Source: Macrostomum hystrix (lineage: Eukaryota; Animalia; Platyhelminthes). Taken from it: DNA of 64,000 nucleotides. A program made the translations under genes and the position numbers. Below are positions 23,201-34,353 of this stretch, piece after piece. Position 1 is the first letter of the stretch, and the number at the start of each line of letters is the position of its first letter. Below the pieces are notes generated by a model. That model was not told the origin of the DNA. It saw only the letters and a list, made by a program, of their open reading frames with translations, and made no database searches. The DNA is taken from positions 18,662,001 to 18,726,000 of the forward strand of contig CATNEN010000038.1 of the NCBI GenBank assembly GCA_950097015.1, in the 5' to 3' direction.

Positions 23201-26200
23201 CGAGTACAAAAGCTTGTCAATAACATTATCTCTGTGATGTTGCAGACCAAATATGTGGGCCAAGCAGCCTCACTGCCCGCCTCTTCAGCCAGAGCAGCAG
23301 CTGCAGCAGCAGCAGCCGCTAACTCCGCTTCTACAGCAACAGTCAGAAGTGGCTCCCGCGGGCAAGGTCGAGCCGCCAGTAGTGAAGGAGGTGAAATTCA
23401 AGCAGAAGACTCAGAAGCCGAAGCAGAGGTCGCTGTTTGAGCTGAGCTGCCTAACCCAGGACACTCTGACTGCTCACTTCCACCAGGTCGACAAGCTCTA
23501 CAAACAGATGGACCGAAGGAACACGGGCAGGATCAGTTGCAAACAGCTCAGATCCATTTTGAATGCGTGAGTCGATTTTACTGGCTTATTATCCTAGATC
23601 CTTATCCTGGATCCTTATCCTAGATCCTTATCCTAGATCCTTATCCTAGATCCTTATCCTAGATCCTCATCCTAGCTCATTATCCTAGATCCTTATCCTA
23701 GATATTTATCCTTAGATCCTTATCCTGGATCCTTATCTTCGATCCTTATCCTGGATCCTTATCCTTGATCCTTATCCTGGATCCTTATCTTAGATCCTTA
23801 TCCTGGATCCTTATCCTTGATCCTTATCCTGGATCCTTATCCTTGATCCTTATCCTGGATCCTTATCTTCGATCCTTATCCTGGATCCTTATCTTAGATC
23901 CTTATCCTTGATCCTTATCTTAGATCCTTATCCTTGATCCTTATCTTAGATCCTTATCCTTGATCCTTATCGTGAATCCTTAGTTTGGATTCTTACAAGA
24001 TCTAGAGTTATCCTTATCTAGAATCATTATATTTGTATCCCAAACATTGATTAATCTTGCATCCTCATTTTTTATCCTCACCATATCCCACCGTCCAGTC
24101 TGGGTCTGGCGGTCACTGAGCCGGAAATGGCAGCCCTGTGGGCCACCCTAGACACCAGCCCTGACAGCCAGTGGAGCTACAGGCAGATGCTGCGGCACTT
24201 CATGGCCGGCGAGCTTCAGGAGGCGACGCTTCAGCGGCTCAGGGCTAGAAACGGATGGGTGATGTGTGAGTTTGTGAGGTGTTAGATCAGCTGGGTGTTA
24301 GATCAGCTGGGTGTTAGATCAGTTGGGTGTTAGATCAGTTGGGTGTTAGATCAGTTGGGTGTTAGATCAGTTGGGTGTTAGATCAGTTGGGTGTTAGATC
24401 AGTTGGGTGTTAGATCAGCTGGGTGTTAGATCAGCTGGGTGTTAGATGACCGTGAAATTTCCCGGCACACATAAGTCCAAATGCGGGTGTTTTGACTGCG
24501 GTGTTTACTATTATTGTTAAAAATAAGGAAGCATTAAAATTTTTGCTGCTGTCAGATCAATCCGTCCAGCGCTGCTTGAACAGGAAACAGGATATATTTG
24601 TGTAATGTAATCGCTCTAATGATACAAGCTTTGAAAGTGACTCATTGGAAGGAAAGCAGATGGCTTGCCTTATTTACTAGACGATTGGGGCTAATGCACT
24701 TGCTGCATCAAAGCTTAAGCAAGTGTAGAAAAACGGTGACAAAGCTTCATTTCCAAGTCGGCACCCGTTTTTAGGACTAAAGCATCGAAAAAAACACAAC
24801 AAAGCATGATGACACAGATGGCCCAGGAAGCAAAAATATGAAATATAGCTCCTTTGATTTTGTCTTCTTCTTTCGACTGTTTTAGTCTGTTTGGGATAAG
24901 TACAAGCTGTATGTTGTGCACGATGGTACAACCTGTGAGTTAGACTGTGAGAACAGGTGACAACCTGTGAGTAGACTGAGAACAGATGTGACAACCTGTG
25001 AGTAGGCTGTGAGAACAGATGTGACAACCTGTGAGTAGGCTGTGAGAACTGATGTGACAACCTGTGAGTAGGCTGTGAGTACTGATGTGACAACCTGTGA
25101 GTTAGACTGTGAGAACAGGTCACAACCTGTGAGTAGGCTGTGAGAACTGATGTCACAACCTGTGAGTAGGCTGTGAGAACTGATGTCACAACCTGTGAGT
25201 AGGCTGTGAGAACAGATGTGACAACCTGTGAGTAGGCTGTGAGAACAGATGTGACAACCTGTGAGTAGGCTGTGAGAACAGATGTGACAACCTGTGAGTA
25301 GGCTGTGAGAACAGATGTGACAACCTGTGAGTAGACTGTGAGAACAGGTCACAAACTGTGAGTAGGCTGTGAGAACAGGTGACAACCTGTGAGTAGACTG
25401 AGAACAGATGTGACAACCTGTGAGTAGGCTGTGAGAACAGATGTGACAACCTGTGAGTAGGCTGTGAGAACTGATGTGACAACCTGTGAGTAGGCTGTGA
25501 GAACTGATGTGACAACCTGTGAGTTAGACTGTGAGAACAGGTCACAACCTGTGAGTAGGCTGTGAGAACTGATGTCACAACCTGTGAGTAGGCTGTGAGA
25601 ACTGATGTCACAACCTGTGAGTAGGCTGTGAGAACAGATGTGACAACCTGTGAGTAGGCTGTGAGAACAGATGTGACAACCTGTGAGTAGGCTGTGAGAA
25701 CAGATGTGACAACCTGTGAGTAGACTGTGAGAACAGGTCACAAACTGTGAGTAGGCTGTGAGAACAGGTGACAACCTGTGAGTAGGCTGTGAGAACAGAT
25801 GTGACAACCTGTGAGTAGGCTGTGAGAACAGGTCACAAACTGTGAGTAGGCTGTGAGAACAGGTGATAACCTGTGAGTAGACTGAGAACAGGTGACAACC
25901 TGTGAGTAGACTGAGAACAGGTGACAACCTGTGAGTAGACTGTGAGAACAGGTGACAACCTTTGAGTGACCATCGTTGATAATTATTTCTTGCCCAGCTG
26001 ATGCGGCAGATCTCAGCGTGGTTAAGCTTCGCCAGCTGCGCACTATGAAGCCCAAAGAGGATACTGAGGCTCAGCAGCAGCAGCAGCAGCCAGTCCAGCA
26101 ATCGGCAGACTCTCTGAGCACATCGGAGCTGGACTCGCTGATCGAGCGCTGTCGTCCAGCCATTGTGGAGCACTGGGAAGAGGCCAAGATGAGGCTGCGG

Positions 26201-27987
26201 AGGCTGGACCCTCAGGGCACCGCCTTCATCTATCGAGCCGAGTTCAAAGTGAGTACATCACATTGAGTACAGATATAAAATCAAAATTCATGTTAAAACC
26301 ATTCACATTATCTCAATCAGGAGTTGGTCAGAGAATTTCAACTGCCGCTGATTGACGCTGAAGCTGAGCGACTGTCCATGGCGTTCGAGAAGCGGGCCAA
26401 TGGAAGGTAAGGGGAAAATATTGTCTTCAATGATCCTTCAGGACTGCACTTCAGCCACACTCGCTGATCCTTCAGGACTGCGCTTCAGCCACACACACTG
26501 ATCCTTCAGCCACACACACTGATCCTTCAGGACTGCGCTTCAGCCACCACACACTGATCCTTCAGGACTGCACTTCAGCCACACACACTGATCCTTCAGG
26601 ACTGCACTTCAGCCGCACACACTGATCCTTCAGGACTGCACTTCAGCCATACACACTGATCCTTCAGCCACACACACTGATCCTTCAGCCACACACACTG
26701 ATCCTTCAGGACTGCACTTCAGCCATACACACTGATCCTTCAGCCACACACACTGATCCTTCAGCCATACACACTGATCCTTCAGCCACACACACTGATC
26801 CTTCAGCCACACACACTGATCCTTCAGCCACACACACTGATCCTTCAGCCACACACACTGATCCTTCAGGACTGCGCTTCAGCCACAAACACTGATCCTT
26901 CAGGACTGCGCTTCAGCCACACACACTGATCCTTCAGGACTGCGCTTCAGCCACCACACACTGATACTTCAGGACTGCGCTTCAGCCACACACACTGATC
27001 CTTCAGGACTGCGCTTCAGCCACATACTAATTAATCAACCACCCTCCCACAGGTTCAACTACATGGCCTTCCTAAAGAGATTCGTGAGCCAGTCGGATAA
27101 ACCTGCCAGCCAGACAGTAGAACTGGCCAGAACAGTGACAGACAAGGTCAGTGGACATTTGCTGAAATTTTAGTTTAAACAAAACTGTTAAACTGATCAG
27201 ATTTATACACTATATTTCTCTATCCTTTTTCTAGAAACAAGGAGCCAGAGTGAAAATCTCTGAAATTATGGATAAAATTCGACAAAAGGTAGCATTTTTT
27301 CCTACACTTTTTAGACGACTAATTTAAGTTTCCATAGAACACCGTTAGTTATGATACGATGCTGGGAATTTTCCATCGAGCAGAATTAGGTTTGACTTAA
27401 TTCTGGGAATTTTCCATGGAACTGCTTAAGCTGTCATTGGATGCCAGTAATTTTCCATATAACTCATTTAGCTGGCATTGGATGCCGGGAATTTTCCATA
27501 TAACTCATTTAGCTGGCATTGGATGCCGGGAATTTTCCATAGAACTCATTTAGCTGGCATTGGATGCCGGTAATTTTCCATAGAACACATTTAGCTGGCA
27601 TTGGATGCCGGTAATTTTCCATAGAACTCACTTAGCTGGCATTCGATGCCGGTAATTTTCCATGGATTAACCCTAGCCGATTCTTTTCTATAGAACGTAC
27701 TAACTTTTGAGATGCGCTTGGCTAATTTTGGAGATGGAATTTTCCGTGCATAATTGCAGCTACTATTCGAATGGAAGAGCCTACTGCTCGCATTCCGCAA
27801 ATACGATGTCGAAAAATCCGGTCGCCTCTCCCTTCATGAGTTGCGCAAAATTGTTGCCCGCTGCGGCTATCGCCTGTCCGAGGACGACATGTTCCTTCTA
27901 CTGTCCGAATTCGACATGGACTTTGATGGCATGATCAACTATCAGGAGTTTGTCATGCAGCTCCTGGATGTTGCTGAGGCTGCTTAA
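16051..27987 (+). CDS. EFCAB6: Multi-EF-hand calcium-binding protein, EFCAB6-like (~974 aa); exons 16051-16264, 16364-16425, 16500-16597, 17070-17480, 18822-19002, 20231-20419, 20497-20780, 22054-22161, 22768-22944, 23246-23566, 24099-24265, 25998-26248, 26321-26406, 27053-27146, 27235-27288, 27760-27987
   Basis: Repeated degenerate EF-hand pairs (DSDCSGRVTIGDL, DPNNTGFVSEEAF, DRRNTGRISCKQL, DPQGTAFIYRAEF, DVEKSGRLSLHEL, DMDFDGMINYQEF). The C-terminal WKSLLLAFRKYD...F resembles EFCAB6. All introns are GT-AG and frame-consistent (2925 nt). Exact orthology is uncertain. Confidence 0.8.
16655..17010. repeat. Degenerate G/T-rich ~48-bp tandem repeat (gagttggggtgggtaagggtttgtggggtaagagaatt)
   Basis: About 7 diverged units. 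Confidence 0.8.
17535..17660 (+). mobile_element. tRNA-headed SINE remnant
   Basis: gagttcgaatcc B-box followed by degenerate cattgcatgcctcagtt. Confidence 0.45.
19063..20140. repeat. 35-bp minisatellite (tgatccttcagtcaactgtcactccccattcctcc) x~31
   Basis: Highly homogeneous array. Confidence 0.97.
22435..22640. repeat. ~23-bp minisatellite (ggaattcccagggaaatccttctt)
   Basis: Directly visible; related gggattcccc motifs at 20810-20880 and 22950-23150. Confidence 0.85.
23588..23975. repeat. 13-bp minisatellite (gatccttatccta/g) x~29
   Basis: Directly visible. Confidence 0.95.
24278..24446. repeat. 16-bp minisatellite (gggtgttagatcagtt) x~10
   Basis: Starts 12 nt after donor 24266. Confidence 0.95.
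24928..25962. repeat. ~33-bp minisatellite (acaacctgtgagtaggctgtgagaacagatgtg) with 422-bp higher-order duplication
   Basis: Same variant series at 24951 and 25373. Confidence 0.95.
26430..27025. repeat. Composite 21/33-bp minisatellite (cacacactgatccttcag[gactgcacttcag]c)
   Basis: Fills nearly the whole intron 26407-27052. Confidence 0.95.
27360..27670. repeat. ~41-bp minisatellite (aattttccatagaactcatttagctggcattggatgccgg)
   Basis: About 7 units with degenerate edges. Confidence 0.9.
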
Positions 27988-29069
27988 ACTGTGGCGAAGT
28001 CTTTTTGCGACTAATTATTTACTGAACCTTGCTAACTAAAATATTAAAGAGAATGGTTATCCGCGGTTGGAATTTCGCTGGGGTGTGAGCGTGAGGTGGG
28101 TGTCTATTGTACATGTATGGAATATGTACATACGTAAGACGTGAGGTGGGTGGCTCTGAGGGGCAGGCAAAAATATTTAGACAAACATTCAGCCAATCGG
28201 ATTAGGGTTTGTCGATAAAACAGAATTTTAATTAAGAATTTCATTGGACACCATTTTAACTAGATGTACAACCCGTGGGCTGTACAATTCGTAGGCTGCG
28301 TACAGCTGTTCAGTCCATTGATAGAAATGCTGGACCGCCACACATGCACGAATCTAAAAAAATTCTGACAAGCTTCAATAATAATTAGCCTAAAAATTCG
28401 TCGCTGTTATTTTCGTGAATCGAATTTTCTGACAGATAGTTTTCTTTAGAAATTTCCTTAACTCTGACTTCCAGCAAAATCTGTTTTCATATTTACAAGC
28501 CTTTGTTACCTTTGTCCGCTAATTAACATATTACGTAGTCTTGTAGATTTTCCGATATTTTTGTTCGTTCAACTGAATTTCATTAAATCTGGACTGACTG
28601 CTGGCTCTTTAACCCCATACTATGCTTTTTAATATTTTTGCCTGTATTGTAGCGAAAGCAAGAAAAATATTTTTTGATTGGTTTGTTATTTTAAGTGACT
28701 AAAAGTGCCGAATAAATCTACTTACCTTTTTGACATTACGTTCTGGAAAAAAACTTTTTTTGCTACGATTTAAAACAAAATTAAATAGATGTAGCATTCA
28801 GATAAAAGAAAAAAACAAAAAAAGAAACTGGTTAGCTTTCATGCAAAAAATCATTTTAAAAATGTTTCTTTCCTTTTCTATAAGTCTCAAAGAGGACTTA
28901 TACTGCCTTGCCACAGCCACCTCATTCCATAACGCCACTTAATTCTAGCCACCTCACTACGCACAGCCACCTCACTCCGCGCAACCGCCTTATTCCACAA
29001 AGCCACTCATTCAGCACAGCCACCTTACTCCGCACACCCACCTCAACTGCTCTAAAAATTACTCTAAAA

Positions 29070-30110
29070 AAGCCACCTCCCTCCGACGAGCCACCTCCCC
29101 CCGACGAGCCACCTCCCTCCGACAAGCCACCTCTCTCCGACAAGCCACCTCTCTCCGACGAGCCACCTCCCCCCGACGAGCCACCTCCCTCCGACAAGCC
29201 ACCTCTCTCCGACAAGCCACCTCTCTCCGACGAGCCACCTCTCTCCGACAAGCCACCTCCCTCCGACAAGCCACCTCCCTCCGACGAGCCACCTGCCCCC
29301 GACCAGCCACCCCTCTCCGACAAGCCACCTCTCTCCGACAAGCCACCTCTCTCCGACAAGCCACCTCCCTCCGACAAGCCACCTCCCTCCGACAAGCCAC
29401 CTCTCTCCGACAAGCCACCTCTCTCCGACAAGCCACCTCTCTCCGACAAGCCACCTCTCTCCGACGAGCCACCTCCCCCCGACGAGCCACCTCCCTCCGA
29501 CAAGCCACCTCTCTCCGACAAGCCACCTCTCTCCGACGAGCCACCTCTCTCCGACAAGCCACCTCCCTCCGACAAGCCACCTCCCTCCGACGAGCCACCT
29601 GCCCCCGACCAGCCACCCCTCTCCGATAAGCCACCTCTCTCCGACAAGCCACCTCTCTCCGACAAGCCACCTCCCTCCGACAAGCCACCTCCCTCCGACA
29701 AGCCACCTCTCTCCGACAAGCCACCTCTCTCCGACAAGCCACCTCTCTCCGACGAGCCACCTCCCCCCGACGAGCCACCTCCCTCCGACAAGCCACCTCT
29801 CTCCGACAAGCCACCTCTCTCCGACGAGCCACCTCTCTCCGACAAGCCACCTCCCTCCGACAAGCCACCTCCCTCCGACGAGCCACCTGCCCCCGACCAG
29901 CCACCCCTCTCCGACAAGCCACCTCTCTCCGACAAGCCACCTCTCTCCGACAAGCCACCTCCCTCCGACAAGCCACCTCCCTCCGACAAGCCACCTCCCT
30001 CCGACAAGCCACCTCTCTCCGACAAGCCACCTCCCTCCGACAAGCCACCTCTCTCCGACAAGCCACCTCTCTCCGACAAGCCACCTCTCTCCGACAAGCC
30101 ACCTCCCTCC
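29070..30110. repeat. 18-bp minisatellite (ccgacaagccacctctct) x~58 with 288-306-bp higher-order structure
   Basis: Variant gcccccgaccag at 29295, 29601 and 29889. Confidence 0.97.
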
Positions 30111-30460
30111 ATATATTGTATTATTTAATCATCAGAATATTTCTCAGGCCTTCTATATGTCAAAAATGAAACTTTGAAGGAGAAATGCCACCGTCTTAGA
30201 ATGAGATCTAAAATTAAATTAAAATCAAGAGGAAATGTTTTTATTGTCCAATTGATTACATGACATATTATTCAATCCGAAACAAGTGTAATTTCTGATT
30301 ATCCTGATCAGAATGCTACAAATAATTATTTTTACTTGTGATAAGGAAATTGTATCTGATGTCGACAGACAGAAGAAATTAATCAGATTGTTACCTGTCC
30401 CAAACTATTTTCGATGCTTGATTATTGCAAATAGAATTTTTTATTTTCCAATATCAGCTC

Positions 30461-30730
30461 TTAGCCAATCTGTGAACTAGATTCGATCGATGAATTTTTA
30501 AACTGCGGCGACCAAATCAGGCCGTAGTAGACTGCTAGCAGTGCCGAGGCGCCGAAAATGGCTGCAACGTACGCGCCGGCTGTCAGACACCTGGCTGCGA
30601 CTCGGTTGAACGAGCTGCCACCGAAGTCACCAGCCATGCTGCCCTGGATGATGCTGCGCAGCTGCTGGCTGACGCTGCTGTCGCTTCTGCCTCTCTGCTG
30701 GCCCCGGCTGCTTTTCGGATTGTCGGCCAT
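30461..30730 (-). CDS. InaF-motif single-pass membrane microprotein (89 aa)
   Basis: AARCLTAGAYVAAIFGASALLAVYYGLIWSP fits the InaF motif (R..T..AYV..V....LAIYY.LIW.P). GC-rich coding composition. Acceptor-like TTCGTCAG/TTTCAACAG just upstream of the ATG and a candidate 5'UTR donor GTGAGT at 31341-31336 (-). Confidence 0.75.
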   Translation of the reverse strand: MADNPKSSRGQQRGRSDSSVSQQLRSIIQGSMAGDFGGSSFNRVAARCLTAGAYVAAIFGASALLAVYYGLIWSPQFKNSSIESSSQIG

Positions 30731-30769
30731 GACTTACTGGCTGTTGAAATCTGACGAATGATAAGTGAC

Positions 30770-31150
30770 GAAAGCTGGAATCGAAGCAGGCAGCTAAGCT
30801 GGAATCGAAGCAGAAACTGAACTTGAATCGAAGAAAGAACTAAGCTGGAATCAAAACAAGAAGCAAAGCTGAAATGGAAGAAAGAACTTAACCGGAATCG
30901 AAGCTGGAAGCTAAGCTGGAATCGAAGAAAGAAACTAAGCTGATATCGAATCTGGAAACTAAACTGGAATTGAAGCAAGAGACTAAACTGGAATCGAAGC
31001 AAGAAACTAAACTGGAATCGAAGCAAGACACAAATTGGAATCGTCCTAAAAATCGGAATCGGAGCAAGAACCTGAACCTGAATCGATGTAGTTAAAATAC
31101 ATTTGTTAAAACTGAACTAGAAGCGAAGCAGACAGCTAAATTGGAATCTT
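30770..31150. repeat. Degenerate 24-bp repeat (ctaagctggaatcgaagcaagaaa)
   Basis: About 14 diverged units upstream of the InaF-like ATG. Confidence 0.85.
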
Positions 31151-31649
31151 ACAAGAAAGACAGAATCGAACGAAGGAATCCAAGCCGGAAACTTAATTCG
31201 TTCACATTTTGTTAATATTTACAGCAGTCTTATTTTCGTATAAGATTTCGGCCCACTAATGGTGATTGATCCCTGCAATGGCTTGATTTAGGCCATTATT
31301 AGTCTGTTTGATTTACTGCAGTAGCGCAGAAATACACTCACTTGCTGGCAATTTCTGATGTCTTGCTTCGCAAAGTTGACGTAATAGTTATGTCAAAATA
31401 AAATTTATAAACCTTTAGAGAAGTTGCGAGTCAGATTGAGAAGTAAATAGGAGCAAAGTATGGAGCTGGGAATGGGAGAAAGACCGGGATTTTATGATTC
31501 CCGGCAACTTGCAGCTAGGGGAAGCCACGCCCCAAATGTACATTCGGTGTGCTCCAAAGCCAACTCAGTAGCAGTGGCTCATTAGCTCATTGCACACAGT
31601 CTGGTTTCGCAGCATATATTTTTCAAACCTTTAAACTTTCTTATCTCCA

Positions 31650-32265
31650 CCTATCTAATCTCTCAGTCTATCTAATCTCTCAGTCTATCTAATCTCTCCG
31701 TTTTTAATCTCTCAGTCGATCTAATCTCACTGTCTATCTAATCTCTCAGTCTATCTAATCTCTCAGTCTATCTAATCTCTCAGTCTATCTAATCTCACTG
31801 TCTATCTAATCTCTCAGTCTATCTAATCTCTCAGTCTATCTAATCTCTCAGTCTATCTAATCTCTCAGTCTATCTAATCTCTCAGTCTATCTAATCTCTC
31901 TGTCTATCTAATCTCTCAGTCGATCTAATCTCTCAGTCTATCTAATATCTCTCAGTCTATCTAATCTCTCAGTCCATCTAATCTCTCTGTCTATCTAATC
32001 TCTCAGTGTATCTAATTTCTCAGTCTATCTAATCTCTCAGTGTATCTAATCTCTCTGTCTATCTAGTCTCTCAGTCTATCTAATCTCTCTGTCTATCTAA
32101 TCTCTCAGTCTATCTAATCTCTCTGTCTATCTAGTCTGTCAGTCTATCTAATCTCTCAGTGTATCTAATCTCTCAGTGTATCTAATCTCTCATTCTATCT
32201 AATCTCTCAGTCCATCTAATCTCTCAGTCCATCTAATCTCTCAGTCTATCTAATCTCTAATCTCA
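31650..32265. repeat. 17-bp minisatellite (tctatctaatctctcag) x~36
   Basis: Directly visible. Confidence 0.97.
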
Positions 32266-32834
32266 CCGTAACGTTGTCCCCGGTGTCCCTCGATGCCTTC
32301 ATGACAGCTTCCCTTATCGCATTGTGGACTAAATTTCAGCTTCACTGCTTATAGACTAATGCGGCAGTGGAGGTGGCAGTGCCTAGCTGATGACCCCACG
32401 CTGACGCCGACGTATGCAAATGAATAGCCAGTTGTACGAGCTACCCTCATCCTCCCAGTGCATCATATAAGCAAGCAAGAAATGAAAAGAAGTTGTTCTC
32501 GCCACAGACAGAACCAGAAAAAACGCATTGAAAAGTTGGGCAACTAATGCAGCTGTAACCAACGGTGGGGTCGGGAATAACTAAAAATAGTTCGCCAGAT
32601 ACTTTCAAGGCCGTCAATTTCGATCAGCGCCCGGCCTGCTCGGCCTAAACAACTTTTTCTTCGCTGCTTTTCCAAAGCAATTCCTGAGTGCGATTAGCGC
32701 CCTGGGGGTTGGGAAACTTGGGACCGAAGGTTGGAAGGTTGGGTATTTTTGTGGAGTTCCTGTTTACATCAAATAACTCATTGCCCACATGTAACATATT
32801 TACACAATCTAGTTTAGTTTAATACAGCTTAAAT

Positions 32835-33094
32835 GAGCAATGGCACATCGTTAGGTGACTTGCAGAAAGCGAGGAGGCAATTCTGCCCATTCCGCTGACT
32901 CCTGAGCACACCACTCACACAGGTGTGAACATCTGCCCCGACTTTCTCATCGTCAGGCAGTGTACACTCTCACTGTGCCTTGGAGATTGCCCAAGCCTTC
33001 TCTCGTCCCAAATTAACGTAGCCTCGCCGCGGAATCGAACTCAGGGACCTTGGTACGAGAGATAAAAGCGTTAGACCGCTCGGCCACTTAACCC
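32835..33094 (-). mobile_element. SINE family A copy
   Basis: Reverse complement reads gtggccgagcggtctaacgc..gagttcgattcc (A/B boxes) plus the shared body. Confidence 0.85.
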
Positions 33095-33174
33095 TACCCT
33101 AAACTATTCAGGTTGGTTGGAAAAAAATACATAGAAAGTCAGTTAGAAATAAAAATAATTCATTTGAAGGTTAA

Positions 33175-33252
33175 ATGGGCCAGATGCATAACCTGTGGCA
33201 GCTATTGTGAGGTGCTTCCAAAGACTGTGTACAGCTGTTCAGTCCGTGGACT
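33175..33252 (-). mobile_element. SINE family B 3' fragment (another at ~28290-28320)
   Basis: agactgtgtacagctgttcagtccgtggac is the reverse complement of 8171-8200. Confidence 0.65.
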
Positions 33253-33354
33253 TATATTTACAACCAAATTTCTGCCTCGTTCCCAAGAGAATGTTCATCC
33301 ATTTGACAGCCGCGTGAACTGAAGCAATTGAGAATTGCAAGGATTCTCATTGAT

Positions 33355-34025
33355 AGAGAAATGGATGAACGGAGAATCCAATGAGCGGAGAATCCCATGA
33401 ACGGAGAATCCCATGAACAGAGAATCCAATGAGTGGAGAAGCCGATGAACAGAGAATCTCATGAGGGGAGAATCCCATGAACGGAGAATCCCATGAACAG
33501 AGAATCCAATAAGTGGATAATCCCATGAACAGAGAATCCAATAAGTGGAGAATCCCATAAACAGAGAATCCAATGAGGGGAGAATCTCATGCACGGAGAA
33601 TCCCATAAACAGAGAATCCAATGAGCGGAGAATCCCATGAACGGAGAATCCCATGAACAGAGAATCCAATGAGTGGAGAAGCCGATGAACAGAGAATCTC
33701 ATGAGGGGAGAATCCCATGAACGGAGAATCCCATGAACAGAGAATCCAATAAGTGGATAATCCCATGAACAGAGAATCCAATAAGTGGAGAATCCCATAA
33801 ACAGAGAATCCAATGAGGGGAGAATCTCATGCACGGAGAATCCCATAAACAGAGAATCCAATGAGCGGAGAATCCCATGAACGGAGAATCCCGTTAACAG
33901 AGAATCCAATGAGCGGGGAATCCCATGAACGGAGAATCCCATAAACAGAGAATCCAATGAGGGGAGAATCTCATGCACGGAGAATCCCATAAACAGAGAA
34001 TCCAATGAGGGGAGAATCCCATAAG
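33355..34025. repeat. Composite gagaatcc-based minisatellite with exact 240-bp higher-order repeat
   Basis: Sequence at 33421 is repeated at 33661, etc. Confidence 0.95.
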
Positions 34026-34353
34026 TTTATATACCTGTGAAAATAGAAAGTACCGAGTGGAAAGTCCACAACACAACTCAAAAGTACATTCTGAAGGAAA
34101 GCTTTCGATCAAAAAGAGATCTTTTCATTTCAATCAGTTTCATGCTGATTCAATTTACTTACAAGAAGCGAAGCAATCTAGATTTGAATGGACAATCTGA
34201 AATAGGCTATGCGAGCTAGGCTTACCCCTAACTGGCAGTTCTGGAAATGCATTTACTCCGCCAGCCAATCCGAGTTGATTCAAGAGAAAAACAACATGCC
34301 CAAGGAGGAAGAGAGGCTATAGATGCAGCACACTGGAAACCAACACGAGCTAG

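Noticed and set aside
28908-30128. 406-aa Pro-rich ORF and its antisense ORFs
   Set aside because: An 18-bp satellite open on both strands, with a non-ATG start and no splice support. A repetitive protein cannot be fully excluded without RNA data.
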